DNA of 64,000 nt from Desulfobacterales bacterium (GTDB taxonomy: Bacteria; Desulfobacterota; Desulfobacteria; Desulfobacterales; UBA5852): contig CAXXVS010000003.1 in NCBI GenBank assembly GCA_963674755.2, positions 1,984,001 through 2,048,000 of the forward strand, given 5' to 3'. Made by a program: the position numbers and the translations under genes. Within the stretch, counting starts at the first letter, position 1. Every line of letters begins with the position of its first letter. Under the pieces are notes generated by a model, which searched no databases, was not told the DNA's origin, and saw only the letters and a list, made by a program, of their open reading frames with translations. Positions 29,815 to 39,794 of this stretch are shown one piece after another.

Positions 29815-31383
29815 TCACATGGCCGGATATCCGGTAATGTCCCGGATATGGTTGTAGATAGGCTTCAGCCGACGGTAGAGCTTGCAGTAGACCCTTTCGA
29901 AAAGCGCCCGGTAGAGATCCCGGTTGGCGGGGATGGGCTCGAAGACGTCCGCCACCCGGGTCATGGCCTCTACGGCGCTGTCGAAATCAGAGTGCAGCTT
30001 GAGGCCCACGGCCGCATCGATGGCCGCCCCCAGGGCCGAGGTTTCATAGGTGTGGGGCCGCTCCACGGGCAGGTCGAAGATATCCGCCGTGATCTGCAGG
30101 GCGGCGTCGCTCTGGGCGCCGCCGCCGGAGACCCGGAGCGACGTGATGGGGACCTTGTTGCGTTTCTGCAGCACTAGCATGCCCTCCTTGAGGCCGTAGC
30201 CCAGGCCTTCCAAAATCGCCCGATAGATATGGGCCCGGGTGTGCACGTCGCCGAAGCCGATGATGGCGCCCTTGGCATCCGCATCGGTGTTGATACCCGG
30301 CGACCAGTAGGGCTGCAGGGTCAAGCCCATGGAACCGGGGGGAACGTCCCGGATGAGCTCGTCGAAAAGGGCTTCCGGCGCGATCCCGCGCTCCCGGGCG
30401 ATCTGCTGCTCCCGCAGGCCGAACTCCTTTTTGAACCAGCTCACCATCCAGAACCCGCGATAGACCATGACCTCGGTGTTGTAGGTCCCCGGCAGGGCGC
30501 CGGGGTAGGGCGGCACGAAGGGTTTGATCTCCACGTACTTCGGGTTGGCCGTGTTCACGGTGGCCGTGGTGCCGTAGCTCAGGCAGGCGGTTTCCGGTGA
30601 TCGGCAGCCAACCCCCAGCACTTCGCAGGCCTTGTCCGTGGCCGCGGCGATCACCGGCAGGCCTTCGGGGATACCGGTCTCTTGGGACGCCTGGCGGGTG
30701 ATGTGGCCCAGGAGGCCGCCCGGCGGCACCAGCTCCGGCAGGAGCGAGGGGGCCATGGGAAAGAACTTCCACTTGAGATCCCGCGGTCCGGCCCAGCAAT
30801 GGCGTTTGTAGTCGAAGGGCACATAGCCCACCTGGCTGCCCACGGAATCGCGGTATTCACCGGTCAGACGATAGATCCAGAAGCCCGACAGGAAAAGAAA
30901 CTTGTGGGTTTTTTTCCAGATCTCGGGCTGGTTCTGGCGCAGCCAGTTGGCCTCGCACTCCCGGATAGCCTTCTCCACGACGCCATGCTGACCGAGGGCT
31001 TTCAGGGCTCCGGAGACGAGCGGGGAGAAATTGCGCTCCATCGCCGCCTTGCGCTGGTCGAGCCAGAGAATGGCCGGCCGCAGGGGGGCGCCGTTTTTAT
31101 CCAGATTGACCATGGTGTTGCGCTGGGAGGTGACGGCCACCCCGGCGATGCGGGCGGAATTGACCCCTGCGGTACTGAACAGCTCGCGGGAGGTGGCGGT
31201 GAAATGCTGCCAGTAGAAGTCCGGCTCCTGCTCGGCCCATCCGGGCCGGCGGGAGAAATAGGGCTCGAAGGGTGTTTTGACCATGTGCTGGATCACCCCC
31301 CGGGGATCGATCAGGGCCGCCCGGATGGACTGGGTGCCGGCATCGAACACCAGGATCAGCTCGTCTTGTGCAGCGGCGCTCAT
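29815..31383 (-). CDS. FGGY-family carbohydrate kinase
   Basis: FDAGTQSIRA, ILWLDQR, SYGTT, RAILEG, VSGGGAQS, SALGAA. Confidence 0.93.
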   Translation of the reverse strand: MSAAAQDELILVFDAGTQSIRAALIDPRGVIQHMVKTPFEPYFSRRPGWAEQEPDFYWQHFTATSRELFSTAGVNSARIAGVAVTSQRNTMVNLDKNGAPLRPAILWLDQRKAAMERNFSPLVSGALKALGQHGVVEKAIRECEANWLRQNQPEIWKKTHKFLFLSGFWIYRLTGEYRDSVGSQVGYVPFDYKRHCWAGPRDLKWKFFPMAPSLLPELVPPGGLLGHITRQASQETGIPEGLPVIAAATDKACEVLGVGCRSPETACLSYGTTATVNTANPKYVEIKPFVPPYPGALPGTYNTEVMVYRGFWMVSWFKKEFGLREQQIARERGIAPEALFDELIRDVPPGSMGLTLQPYWSPGINTDADAKGAIIGFGDVHTRAHIYRAILEGLGYGLKEGMLVLQKRNKVPITSLRVSGGGAQSDAALQITADIFDLPVERPHTYETSALGAAIDAAVGLKLHSDFDSAVEAMTRVADVFEPIPANRDLYRALFERVYCKLYRRLKPIYNHIRDITGYPAM

Positions 31384-33098
31384 GGCAGGCTCCTTTTGCG
31401 GTCCGGGTCCAGGTCGAGCCCCAGTTGGCCGCCCGGGTTCATGATGTCGTGGGGGTCGAAGTGCGTTTTCAAGGCCCGCAGGACCGCCATCTGTTCCTTT
31501 CCCAAATGGGCTTCGATCCAGGGGGCGATCATGCGGCCCACGCCGTGGTGATGGCTTAAGGACCCGCCGTATTGTTGGATCCGGTCGAGGATGCCGGCCT
31601 GGAAGGCGCGGTAGTCGTCCACCTTATCGAAGCGGCCGATGAAAATGAAGTAGAGATTGGTGCCCTGGGGATAGAAATGGGAGGCGTGGGTCATGCAGAT
31701 GGTCTGCGGGCGCGCCTTGATGTAGCGCCGCACGCCCTGGTGCAGGCGGTGCAGGTTGTCCCAGGCCACGGAGGTTTCCAGGGTGTCGATGATGATGTCG
31801 TAATCGTGCAGATCTTCGCGCATGTAGGGCTCGCTGAAACGGGTCTTCTCCCATTTGCGGCTGCCGTAGCCCCCCAGATAGATGGCGCCGTGCCGTTGGG
31901 CGAGCTTGTGGATCTTGCGTTTGACAAGCCGGGTGTAATCCCGGTCACCTTCCACCGTCCCCAGGCACAGGCAGCGCTGCATGGGGCGATAGCCCCGCTT
32001 GATCAGGAAGCGATCGACCGGGGAAGGCATGCCGTAGAGTTTTAGCCCCCGGTCGGTTTCCTCGGGGTCGGAAATCCGATAGACGGCCGGCCGTCCGAAT
32101 TGCCCCTGGACCATAGCGCGGCTGGCCTCCACGGCCGCCTCCCAGGTGGGAAACATGAAGCTGAAGTAGCGCCGGTTGCGCGGCATGTAGCGGAAGACCT
32201 TCAGGGTGAGTTCCACCAGCACGCCGAAGGTGCCTTCCGACCCTTTCAGGATGTCGTTGACCTTGGGGCCTGTGGCGGCCGCCGGAAAGTCCAGGGTTTT
32301 AAAGGCGCCGGTGGGCGTCACGTATTCCTGGCTTACCACGAGGTCGGCGGCATCGCCATAATAGGTGGAGGCCTGGCCCGAGCCCAGGGTTACCACCCAG
32401 CCCCCGACGGTGGAATATTCGAAGGACTGGGGAAAGTGGCCGCCGGTATAGCGTCCCTGGGCGTGAAGCACTTCGGGCGCCCGGTTGAGGGCGGTTTCGT
32501 AGGCCGGGCCGAACATGCCCGGCTGCACCCGGGCGGTCTGGTTGGTCTCGTTCAAGGCCAGGAGCTTGTTCATGTGGGTGCTCATGACCAGGGTGACCCC
32601 GCCCCGGGCCGGGCGCAGCCCCAGGTTCACCGACGACCCGCCGGAGAAGACGTAGACCGGTATTTTTTCTTCATGACAAAAGGCCACGATGCGGCCCACA
32701 TCTTCCTTGTGGCGGGGGTGCACCACCAGATCGGCGATCTCCCGCACCAGGCCCCGGCCCAGTTCCATCATCTCCTCGGCCGTTTGGCCGTAGGCGTAGC
32801 GGGCCCGCTGGAAGACATCGGCGGAGGAGTTTTCCGGGCCGACGATCCCGGCCAGGGCCTCGACCTGGGCGGCCGTAAGATTGCCGGGACGCTCCAGCGC
32901 CACCGGCTGGCGGCCTTCGGCCTGTTTGGTCCGGAAATCATCGTCGCGCATCCCGAACTCCGCCTTGAGCATGGCGACCCACTGGTCGCTGGGATGCTTG
33001 AAGCGGTCCGGGGCGCCATATTTGAAAAGGGCCCGGTAGGTTCCCGCGGCCGGCGGAATTTCGCTCCAGTCTGGTCGGAAGGGTTTTTTATTGGGCAT
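31380..33098 (-). CDS. FAD-linked oxidoreductase, alkyl-dihydroxyacetonephosphate synthase-like
   Basis: GHFPQSFEYSTVGGW, GSEGTFGV, CMTHASHFYPQG, SLSHHHGVG, IMNPG. Confidence 0.85.
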   Translation of the reverse strand: MPNKKPFRPDWSEIPPAAGTYRALFKYGAPDRFKHPSDQWVAMLKAEFGMRDDDFRTKQAEGRQPVALERPGNLTAAQVEALAGIVGPENSSADVFQRARYAYGQTAEEMMELGRGLVREIADLVVHPRHKEDVGRIVAFCHEEKIPVYVFSGGSSVNLGLRPARGGVTLVMSTHMNKLLALNETNQTARVQPGMFGPAYETALNRAPEVLHAQGRYTGGHFPQSFEYSTVGGWVVTLGSGQASTYYGDAADLVVSQEYVTPTGAFKTLDFPAAATGPKVNDILKGSEGTFGVLVELTLKVFRYMPRNRRYFSFMFPTWEAAVEASRAMVQGQFGRPAVYRISDPEETDRGLKLYGMPSPVDRFLIKRGYRPMQRCLCLGTVEGDRDYTRLVKRKIHKLAQRHGAIYLGGYGSRKWEKTRFSEPYMREDLHDYDIIIDTLETSVAWDNLHRLHQGVRRYIKARPQTICMTHASHFYPQGTNLYFIFIGRFDKVDDYRAFQAGILDRIQQYGGSLSHHHGVGRMIAPWIEAHLGKEQMAVLRALKTHFDPHDIMNPGGQLGLDLDPDRKRSLP

Positions 33099-33127
33099 GA
33101 CCCGCTCTCCTTAGTTGCGATATAAGC

Positions 33128-33488
33128 CCTCCAACTCTGGTGGAGGACCCGGAGCGATTCTACCGATCCGGTGTGATGAGTTTATAGGGATTCTTCATTT
33201 TCTTCCACGTGGAAGAAAATGAAGCAATCACGCCACGGCGTGACAAGCTTCAGACGCCCGTGTCCCGCGTACCCTGCGCGTCGTCAAATCGGTCGATGAC
33301 GCGGCGCCTCGCTACGCCCGGCGCCTTGCCTGGCAGCACAATGCCTTGCGGCATCGACCGATTGAAGCGGCCTGAGCGCGCGGAAACGCGCTTCGCTCAA
33401 ACCCGCCTGCGGCAAGCCTTCGGCGGACAAGCAGTCCGCGCGCTTTATTCCGCCCCCATCGCCGATGCTCGGCGCGGGGCAAAGGGAA
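33128..33488 (+). repeat. Family A repeat, copy 2 (longest)
   Basis: 5' module CCTCC..CTCTGGTGGAGG..GATTCTACCGA shared with 48039; core shared with 5331. Confidence 0.9.
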
Positions 33489-33612
33489 ATTCAAACCCAA
33501 AACCTCTAAAACCGTTTTCAAGCCCCTTCGGAGAGGGCTTCCCGAGACCTCCCGCTATGTGGCAGGAGTCTCACTCTGTAACAGGTCTATTCCCATCTTC
33601 AGATGAATCCAT

Positions 33613-35256
33613 TCAATCCGCCGGAATTTTCAGAAAGGCTGCGGTCTTGCTCACCTCTTGTTGAATCCGGGTGTTGTCCCAGCCCAGGTCGGGGGCGACG
33701 GCCTCGGCCACCCGCTGAAGGACTGCCTCACCGGGGCTGCCAATGGTGGCGATACCGGTGCGGCGCAGGACAATATCGTTCAGGGTAAACACCATCTCAT
33801 GCCGGGCGGCATAGACCGCCTGGGCCAGGATATCGCCCTGGGCGTTCATCGGTTCCGCCAGGGCCTTGTCCTGCCGGGCCAAATCCAGAATCGCCTGGAT
33901 GTCCGTGCCGTAAATCTCTCCCAGATAGGTGATGGTGCTTTCCGCAAAGTCCCGGTTCGCGGCGACGGTCCGGCGGCGAAACGTATGCATGCCCCGGATC
34001 GCCGATCCCGCGAGGTATTGGCGCTCGGAAATGGAAGGCGGGATGGGCAGAACGGTTTTTTCCCGCACCAGATCGATGACCTTTTCAGCCAGGTGGCGGC
34101 TGGTGGTCCATTTGCCGCCTTCTACGCTGATCAGATGGTCTAACCCGTCCCGGTGGTGATCGTGGATCTCGTACTTCCGGGAGGACTTATACGTCTCCGT
34201 GGTCTGGGTCTCCACCAGCGGGCGCAGGCCGCCGTAGCAATGGCGGACGTCGGCCAGCGTCAGGGACAGACCGTCAAAGGAGGCATTGACGGCTGCGATC
34301 AGTTCCTCGATGCTGGGGCGGGTGACCCGGTAGTCGTCCGGGTGGCCTTCGTAGGGTTTGTCCGTGGTACCGATCAGGGTGTGGCCCCGCCAGGGAATCA
34401 GGAAGCAGTGGCGTCCGTCCGGGGTGATGGCACTGACCGCGCTGTTCTCGTTGATGATGGGGGCGGTGATGATGTGGATGCCCTCCGAACGCCGCATGTG
34501 CCGATTTTCCCGTCCGCGGTGCGCCAAGCTTAGGACGTTGTCCACCCAGGGGCCGGCGCAGTTGAGCGTAATGGCACTGCGCACCTCATAGGAACGGTGG
34601 TGGATCAGGTCGCGTACGGTCACGCCCTGCACGGTCGCCCCGTGTCCATCGAAAAGGAACCCCGTAACCCTGGCATAGTTGGCCGCCTGGGCACCGTGGG
34701 CTATGGCCGATTTGACGAACGCCAACGCCAGCCGCTCGGGGCAAACGTTCAGGCAATCATAGAAAAGCGAGGCACCGCTCAGGCCCTCGTGCTTCAATAG
34801 CGGTTGGACCTGCCGTGCTTTGAAAGCCGAGAAGGTGGTGTGGTTCGGGATTCTTTGGCCCGGATCCCAGGTGCGGCCCTTGTCGAAAGCCAGCAGGTCG
34901 TAGAGGGTCAGGCCGGTTTTGACCAGCCACTTGTTGCTCTTGAGCTGGGCGCGGTAATGGGGAAACAGCATGGGCAGGGGATGGACGAAGTTGGGGGCGA
35001 TATTTTCCAGCACCCGGCGTTCCCGCAGGGATTCGCGTACCAGGCCGTATTCCAGGTTGGCAAGGTAGCGCAGGCCCCCGTGGATGAGCTTGGAGGAGGC
35101 CGCCGAGGTGGCCTCGGAAAAATCGCCCTTCTCGAAGAGGGCGACCCTGAGACCGCGGGTGGTGGCTTCATAGGCGACGGCGGCTCCGGAGATCCCGCCG
35201 CCGATCACGATGACATCGAATGTGTCGTCTCCGTCAGAGCCGGTATAGCGCTTCAT
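33613..35256 (-). CDS. glpD: Glycerol-3-phosphate dehydrogenase/oxidase (GlpD/GlpA family)
   Basis: IGGGISG, SSKLIHGGLRYL, GLRPL, GGKWTT; start set at ATG 35256 because the upstream extension is repeat sequence. Confidence 0.9.
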   Translation of the reverse strand: MKRYTGSDGDDTFDVIVIGGGISGAAVAYEATTRGLRVALFEKGDFSEATSAASSKLIHGGLRYLANLEYGLVRESLRERRVLENIAPNFVHPLPMLFPHYRAQLKSNKWLVKTGLTLYDLLAFDKGRTWDPGQRIPNHTTFSAFKARQVQPLLKHEGLSGASLFYDCLNVCPERLALAFVKSAIAHGAQAANYARVTGFLFDGHGATVQGVTVRDLIHHRSYEVRSAITLNCAGPWVDNVLSLAHRGRENRHMRRSEGIHIITAPIINENSAVSAITPDGRHCFLIPWRGHTLIGTTDKPYEGHPDDYRVTRPSIEELIAAVNASFDGLSLTLADVRHCYGGLRPLVETQTTETYKSSRKYEIHDHHRDGLDHLISVEGGKWTTSRHLAEKVIDLVREKTVLPIPPSISERQYLAGSAIRGMHTFRRRTVAANRDFAESTITYLGEIYGTDIQAILDLARQDKALAEPMNAQGDILAQAVYAARHEMVFTLNDIVLRRTGIATIGSPGEAVLQRVAEAVAPDLGWDNTRIQQEVSKTAAFLKIPAD

Positions 35257-35290
35257 GGATGGTTCCTGTTCAAGAAGGTGAATTATTGCT

Positions 35291-35414
35291 TTGGTTACGT
35301 TTCTTCCGCGTGGCAGAAAAGTAACCAATCACGCCTCGGCGTGACAGGCTTCAGACGCCCGTGCCCCGCTTCTTCCTGCGCGTCGACGACGGGGTCGGCG
35401 CGGGACAAAGGGAA
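35291..35414 (+). repeat. Family A repeat, internally deleted copy 3
   Basis: ACCAATCACGCCTCGGCGTGACAGGCTTCAGACGCCCGTG identical to copy 1, joined after a short stretch to CGGCGCGGGACAAAGGGAA. Confidence 0.88.
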
Positions 35415-35502
35415 AACCAAAACTTAAAAAACCGTTTTCAATTCTCTATCGCGAGATCACATAGGTCCTTCCATTCTGCCAGGACAGTTACATTAAAGCT
35501 TA

Positions 35503-35517
35503 ATTGGTTGAACCAAT
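35503..35517. promoter_or_regulatory. FadR/PdhR-type operator upstream of glpD
   Basis: ATTGGTTGAACCAAT palindrome (TTGGT-N3-ACCAA). Confidence 0.75.
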
Positions 35518-35524
35518 CATGTCT

Positions 35525-36289
35525 TTATGCCTTGCGTGACGACAGCCCCCCGCGGGGATCGGCTGCCGTTTCCTGTCCCAATGCGTCGTAAACGGCCCGT
35601 TCGGCATACTGGAGGGCTTCCCGCATGACATCCCGGGCCACGCCCGCATTCTGATCGCGGATGGCATTGAAGATCGCCCTGTGAAACCTTGCCGAACGGC
35701 GGCAATTGGCCTCCCGGGCGAAATAAAGGTGCCCGAAATCGTCAAAAAAATCCTGACAGAAATTGGTCATGAGCACATGCAGGATATTGCCGCTGGCCCG
35801 GCTGATGATCCGGTGGACGTGCTTGTCCCGTTCCATTATCGCGATTTCTTCGTCCGGAAAGGCCGCCTGCTGCAACTGGCGCAGATGGTCCGGGGAGCGC
35901 TTCAGGGCGGCGGCGTAGGCGATCTCGGGGCTGTTGATGCGCCGGATTTCGAGCACCGCAGCGAGCACCTCGCGGCGCAGGCCGGTATCCACCCGCAGCA
36001 TGGCTTTGGCCGTTTCGAGATTGCGGCTTTCCAGGAAATGTTTGGCGTAGGCCCCGTCCCCCTGCCGGACGGCAATTAGATCGAGATGCTCCAAATAGCG
36101 CAGTGCTTCCCGCACGGTGGCGCGGTTGACGGCGAACGTCTCGGCCATGGCCCGTTCGGTAGGCAATTTCTCCCCGGGGGCGATCGTGCCGCGGAAAAGG
36201 TCGCCCAGCAGGGCGCGGGTCACCTTTTCGTGAGTCCGGCCGGGCCGGACGGATGGGGAGGATGTTTTTTTCAGGTCGTGACCTCGCAA
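35525..36289 (-). CDS. GntR/FadR family transcriptional regulator
   Basis: PGEKLPTER..F.VNRATVREAL..RQGDG wHTH plus FCD domain. Confidence 0.93.
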   Translation of the reverse strand: MRGHDLKKTSSPSVRPGRTHEKVTRALLGDLFRGTIAPGEKLPTERAMAETFAVNRATVREALRYLEHLDLIAVRQGDGAYAKHFLESRNLETAKAMLRVDTGLRREVLAAVLEIRRINSPEIAYAAALKRSPDHLRQLQQAAFPDEEIAIMERDKHVHRIISRASGNILHVLMTNFCQDFFDDFGHLYFAREANCRRSARFHRAIFNAIRDQNAGVARDVMREALQYAERAVYDALGQETAADPRGGLSSRKA

Positions 36290-36310
36290 CAGAGAATGAC
36301 TGAAGTCTCA

Positions 36311-36355
36311 AATTGGTTCGACCAATAAGTACAGCGCATCCGCCTCTGTTGTCAA
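36311..36355 (-). promoter_or_regulatory. Operator and putative sigma70 promoter of the gntR gene
   Basis: AATTGGTTCGACCAAT at 36311-36326; minus-strand TTGACA-N18-TACTTA abutting it. Confidence 0.7.
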
Positions 36356-36430
36356 GCACCGATTGCGGTTTGCCTTTGAACTTGACATTCCCGGTCGGAT
36401 GGCCAAAGGACAGCAGAGGAGTCGATCTCC

Positions 36431-37819
36431 ATGCCAAAAATTCTGTTCACGCTTTTGCTTCTGACCTTGACGGTGATTCCTGCCCGGGCGGCCGACCAGA
36501 AAGACGGCGACAGAGGCATTCCCGACGGCAAGGTCCGGCACATCATCGTCATGATCGCCGATGGCTGTGGCTACAACCACGTCGACGCTGCCAGCCTCTA
36601 TCAGTACGGCCATACCGGGGCTCAGATCTACGAGCACTTCCCGGTCAAACTGGCCATGTCCACCTACCCGTATGGCGGGGACTACGATTCAACCGCCGCC
36701 TGGAAGGATTTCGATGATGTCCGGGATGGGACCACGGATTCGGCCGCCGCCGCCACCGCCATGAGCACAGGGGTAAAAACATACCGCGGCGCCATCGGTG
36801 TCGCGGTCGACCGGGCATCCCTCAAACACGCCATGGAATGGGCGGAAGACAGGGGGATGGCTACGGGTGTCGTGACCACGGTGGAATTCAGCCATGCCAC
36901 GCCGGCCGGGTTTGTGGCCCACAATGTTTCGCGCCGCAACTATGCTGCCATCGCCAACGAAATGATTTATCAAAGCGCCCTGGAGGTGATCATGGGGGCC
37001 GGCGCACCGGATTACGACGACAACGGCGATCCGGGCCGGATGGATGCCCGATATGTCGGCGGGCCGGAAACGTTTGCCGATCTGACCGACGACGGCACGG
37101 CCATGGGGGTGGATGCCGATGGTGACGGCAGGGCCGATGCCTGGCAGGTGATTCGCACCCGCCGTGACTTTCAGGCCATGGCCACGGGACCCACCCCCCG
37201 GCGCGTGCTCGGGCTGCCCTTCGTCCACGAAACCCTCCAACAGCGCCGTTCCGGCAATCCCAATGCGGCCCCTTACGCGGTGCCGCGCATCGAATCCGTT
37301 CCCACCCTGGCGGAAATGGCCCGGGCGGCCCTCAATGTGCTCGACAATGACGCGGATGGCTTCGTTCTGATGGTCGAAGGCGGGGCAGTGGACTGGGGGG
37401 CACATGACAATCAGTCCGGCCGGATGATCGAAGAGGAAACCGACTTTAACCGCGCGGTCGAAGCGGTGGTCGGCTGGGTGGCGCAAAACAGCGACTGGGA
37501 CGAAACCCTTCTCATCGTCACCGGCGACCATGAAACCGGATATCTCAACGGACCTGTGGCCGACGCCGAAAATCCCACCAGGAAAGCCTTGATCAACAAC
37601 GGGGAGGGGGTTCTTCCGGGCATGGCATGGTACAGCAAAGACCACACCAATCAACTGATCCCGTTTTTCGCCAAGGGTTCCGCCGCCCGCCTGTTCACGT
37701 TCGAGATCGCGGGTGAAGACCCCGTGCGCGGCCCCTACATCGACAATACCGCCATCGGCCGGGTGCTCATCGGCACCCTGCAAAACGGACAGTATGGCCT
37801 AAAACGGACGGAACCCTAA
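36431..37819 (+). CDS. phoA: Alkaline phosphatase (exported)
   Basis: Signal peptide, MIADG, TDSAAAATA, HATPA, EGGAVDWGAH, TGDHETG. Confidence 0.92.
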   Translation: MPKILFTLLLLTLTVIPARAADQKDGDRGIPDGKVRHIIVMIADGCGYNHVDAASLYQYGHTGAQIYEHFPVKLAMSTYPYGGDYDSTAAWKDFDDVRDGTTDSAAAATAMSTGVKTYRGAIGVAVDRASLKHAMEWAEDRGMATGVVTTVEFSHATPAGFVAHNVSRRNYAAIANEMIYQSALEVIMGAGAPDYDDNGDPGRMDARYVGGPETFADLTDDGTAMGVDADGDGRADAWQVIRTRRDFQAMATGPTPRRVLGLPFVHETLQQRRSGNPNAAPYAVPRIESVPTLAEMARAALNVLDNDADGFVLMVEGGAVDWGAHDNQSGRMIEEETDFNRAVEAVVGWVAQNSDWDETLLIVTGDHETGYLNGPVADAENPTRKALINNGEGVLPGMAWYSKDHTNQLIPFFAKGSAARLFTFEIAGEDPVRGPYIDNTAIGRVLIGTLQNGQYGLKRTEP

Positions 37820-37884
37820 TGGAAGGGGCGCCGTTTTTTTACCGGAAAATCTGGTTCAATACAAAAGCCGTCGGACGTCGCTGG

Positions 37885-37912
37885 AAAAAAAGAGGAGAGG
37901 CCGCGCCTCTCC
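37885..37912 (-). terminator. Intrinsic terminator of nhaD
   Basis: GGAGAGGC-N3-GCCTCTCC stem followed on the minus strand by a T7 run. Confidence 0.7.
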
Positions 37913-37940
37913 CCTTATGAGAATGTTGTATGCCGTGGCG

Positions 37941-39794
37941 CTACATCAGCCCGGCATTGAGCCAGAGATGGCAGAGGATGCTGGCGCCGTAGCCCAGGGC
38001 GATCACCGGGGTCCATTTCAGATGGGCGCCGAAGGTGTAGGTGCCCCGGGCCGTGCCCATGAGGGCCACCCCGGCGGCGGAACCAATGGCCAGCAGGCTG
38101 CCGCCCACGCCGGCCGTAAGGGTGGCCAACAGCCACTGGCCCAGTGACATGGCGGGGTCCATGGTCAGCACGGCGAACATCACGGGGATGTTGTCCACGA
38201 TGGCCGAGAGGATGCCCACGAGGGTGTTGGCCACGGTGGCCCCCAATCCGGTGTAGGCGTATTCGGAGAGCAGGGCCAGGTAGCCGAACTGGGACAAGCC
38301 GCCGACGCACAGGATGACCCCGTAGAAAAAGAGGAGGGTGTCCCACTCGGCCCGGGCGATTTTTTTCATCAGATCGAAATGCTCCGCCTCCCGCTGCTTT
38401 TCCGACACCTCGCGGATGACTTCGACGGCGCCTACGGTCCGGCCGGTTTTATCCCTGACGGGGGCGGCGGAGAAGGTCAGCCATTGACCTTTTTCCCCGA
38501 TGGTGGGGAAATAGTCGGCGGCATCGTAGGTCGCAGCGCATTCGGGACAGGCCCGATGCCGGCCGGGATAGTGGCGGTCGTAGTCCTCGTCCGGCATTTC
38601 GTCCACGATGAGGTCGGCCAGGATGCGGCGTTTTTTCTCATAGAAGGGCGCCCAGTGCTCACCGGTGCCCACCCGTTCGGAGGCCGGCACGCCGGTGAGA
38701 CGTTCCATGCCGGCGTTCCAGCAGGTGATGCGGTGATCGGCATCGATGGCAAAGGCGGCATGGGGATGGTTCTGCACGAGTTGGGTAATGGTGTTGTCGG
38801 CGGCGCTTTCCGCCAGGACGCTTTTCACGGGTTGGTCGTATTTGGCACCCAGGATGCGATCATAGCTCAGGGTGCGCCCCTCATGGCGTTTGACGTGATA
38901 GGAAAAGAGACCTAAATAGCCCAACCCCAGCATCATGCCGGCGGCCGGCGGCAGGTGCAGGAAATTATGAAAGCAGACCGCCGTGGTGATGGTCAGCAGG
39001 AAGAGACCCATCATGATCTTGGCGCCGTATTTCATCCGGATCTGTTCATTGAGCTTTTCCGGTGAAGCCTTGCCGATGGCAAAGCTCATGCAGGCCGCGG
39101 GGACCAGCCAGTTGACCAGGGAAGGGAAGAAAATGCTGAAAAACTGGGTGAAGTGCACTTTGCCGGCCTGCCACACCATAAGGGTCGTGATATCGCCGAA
39201 GGGCGAAAAAGCCCCGCCGGCATTGGCGGCCACCACGATGTTGATGCAGGCCAGGGTGATGAAGCGTTTATTGCTGCCCCCCACGGCCATGACCACCGCG
39301 CCCATCAACAGGGCCGTGGTCAGGTTGTCGGCCACCGGCGAGATCAGAAACGCCAAAAGGCCGGTGATCCAGAAAATTTTCTGCAGGGAAAAGCCCCGCG
39401 ATACCAGCAACGCCCTCAGGGTCTGGAACACGTTGCGCTCTTCCAGGGCGTTGATATAGGTCATGGCGGCCAGGAGAAAGAGAAACAGCTCGGCATATTC
39501 GAGCAGGCTTTCCTTCAGGGCGATGTGGGCGCTGTGGGTGTCGCCGATACGGGCATAGGCCACGGCCACCAGCACCCAGATGATGCCGGCCGCGAACAGC
39601 ACGGGCTTGCTCTTGCGCAGGTGAATCGTGTTTTCCATGGGGACCAGGGAATACGCCAGAACGAATAGGACCAGGGCCGCGATTCCCCAGAGGGTGCCGG
39701 TCATGGCACCGGCCGCAGCAGACGGGTGGGCGCTTTCCGCCCAGGCCAGGGCCGGAACGGTCAAAAACGAGAGAGTGAACAGGCATTTTTTCAT
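37941..39794 (-). CDS. nhaD: NhaD-family Na+/H+ antiporter with internal PAS domain
   Basis: LRKSKPV, SPVADNLTTAL, ANAGGAFSPFGDITTL, SAIVDNIP, GSAAGV; PAS/PAC insertion at ~38400-38790. Confidence 0.92.
   Translation of the reverse strand: MKKCLFTLSFLTVPALAWAESAHPSAAAGAMTGTLWGIAALVLFVLAYSLVPMENTIHLRKSKPVLFAAGIIWVLVAVAYARIGDTHSAHIALKESLLEYAELFLFLLAAMTYINALEERNVFQTLRALLVSRGFSLQKIFWITGLLAFLISPVADNLTTALLMGAVVMAVGGSNKRFITLACINIVVAANAGGAFSPFGDITTLMVWQAGKVHFTQFFSIFFPSLVNWLVPAACMSFAIGKASPEKLNEQIRMKYGAKIMMGLFLLTITTAVCFHNFLHLPPAAGMMLGLGYLGLFSYHVKRHEGRTLSYDRILGAKYDQPVKSVLAESAADNTITQLVQNHPHAAFAIDADHRITCWNAGMERLTGVPASERVGTGEHWAPFYEKKRRILADLIVDEMPDEDYDRHYPGRHRACPECAATYDAADYFPTIGEKGQWLTFSAAPVRDKTGRTVGAVEVIREVSEKQREAEHFDLMKKIARAEWDTLLFFYGVILCVGGLSQFGYLALLSEYAYTGLGATVANTLVGILSAIVDNIPVMFAVLTMDPAMSLGQWLLATLTAGVGGSLLAIGSAAGVALMGTARGTYTFGAHLKWTPVIALGYGASILCHLWLNAGLM

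Noticed and set aside
33209..33664. Small ORFs overlapping family A repeats (also 5388-5582, 48098-48361)
   Set aside because: Their mutual similarity comes from the repeat; frames and lengths are not conserved between copies.
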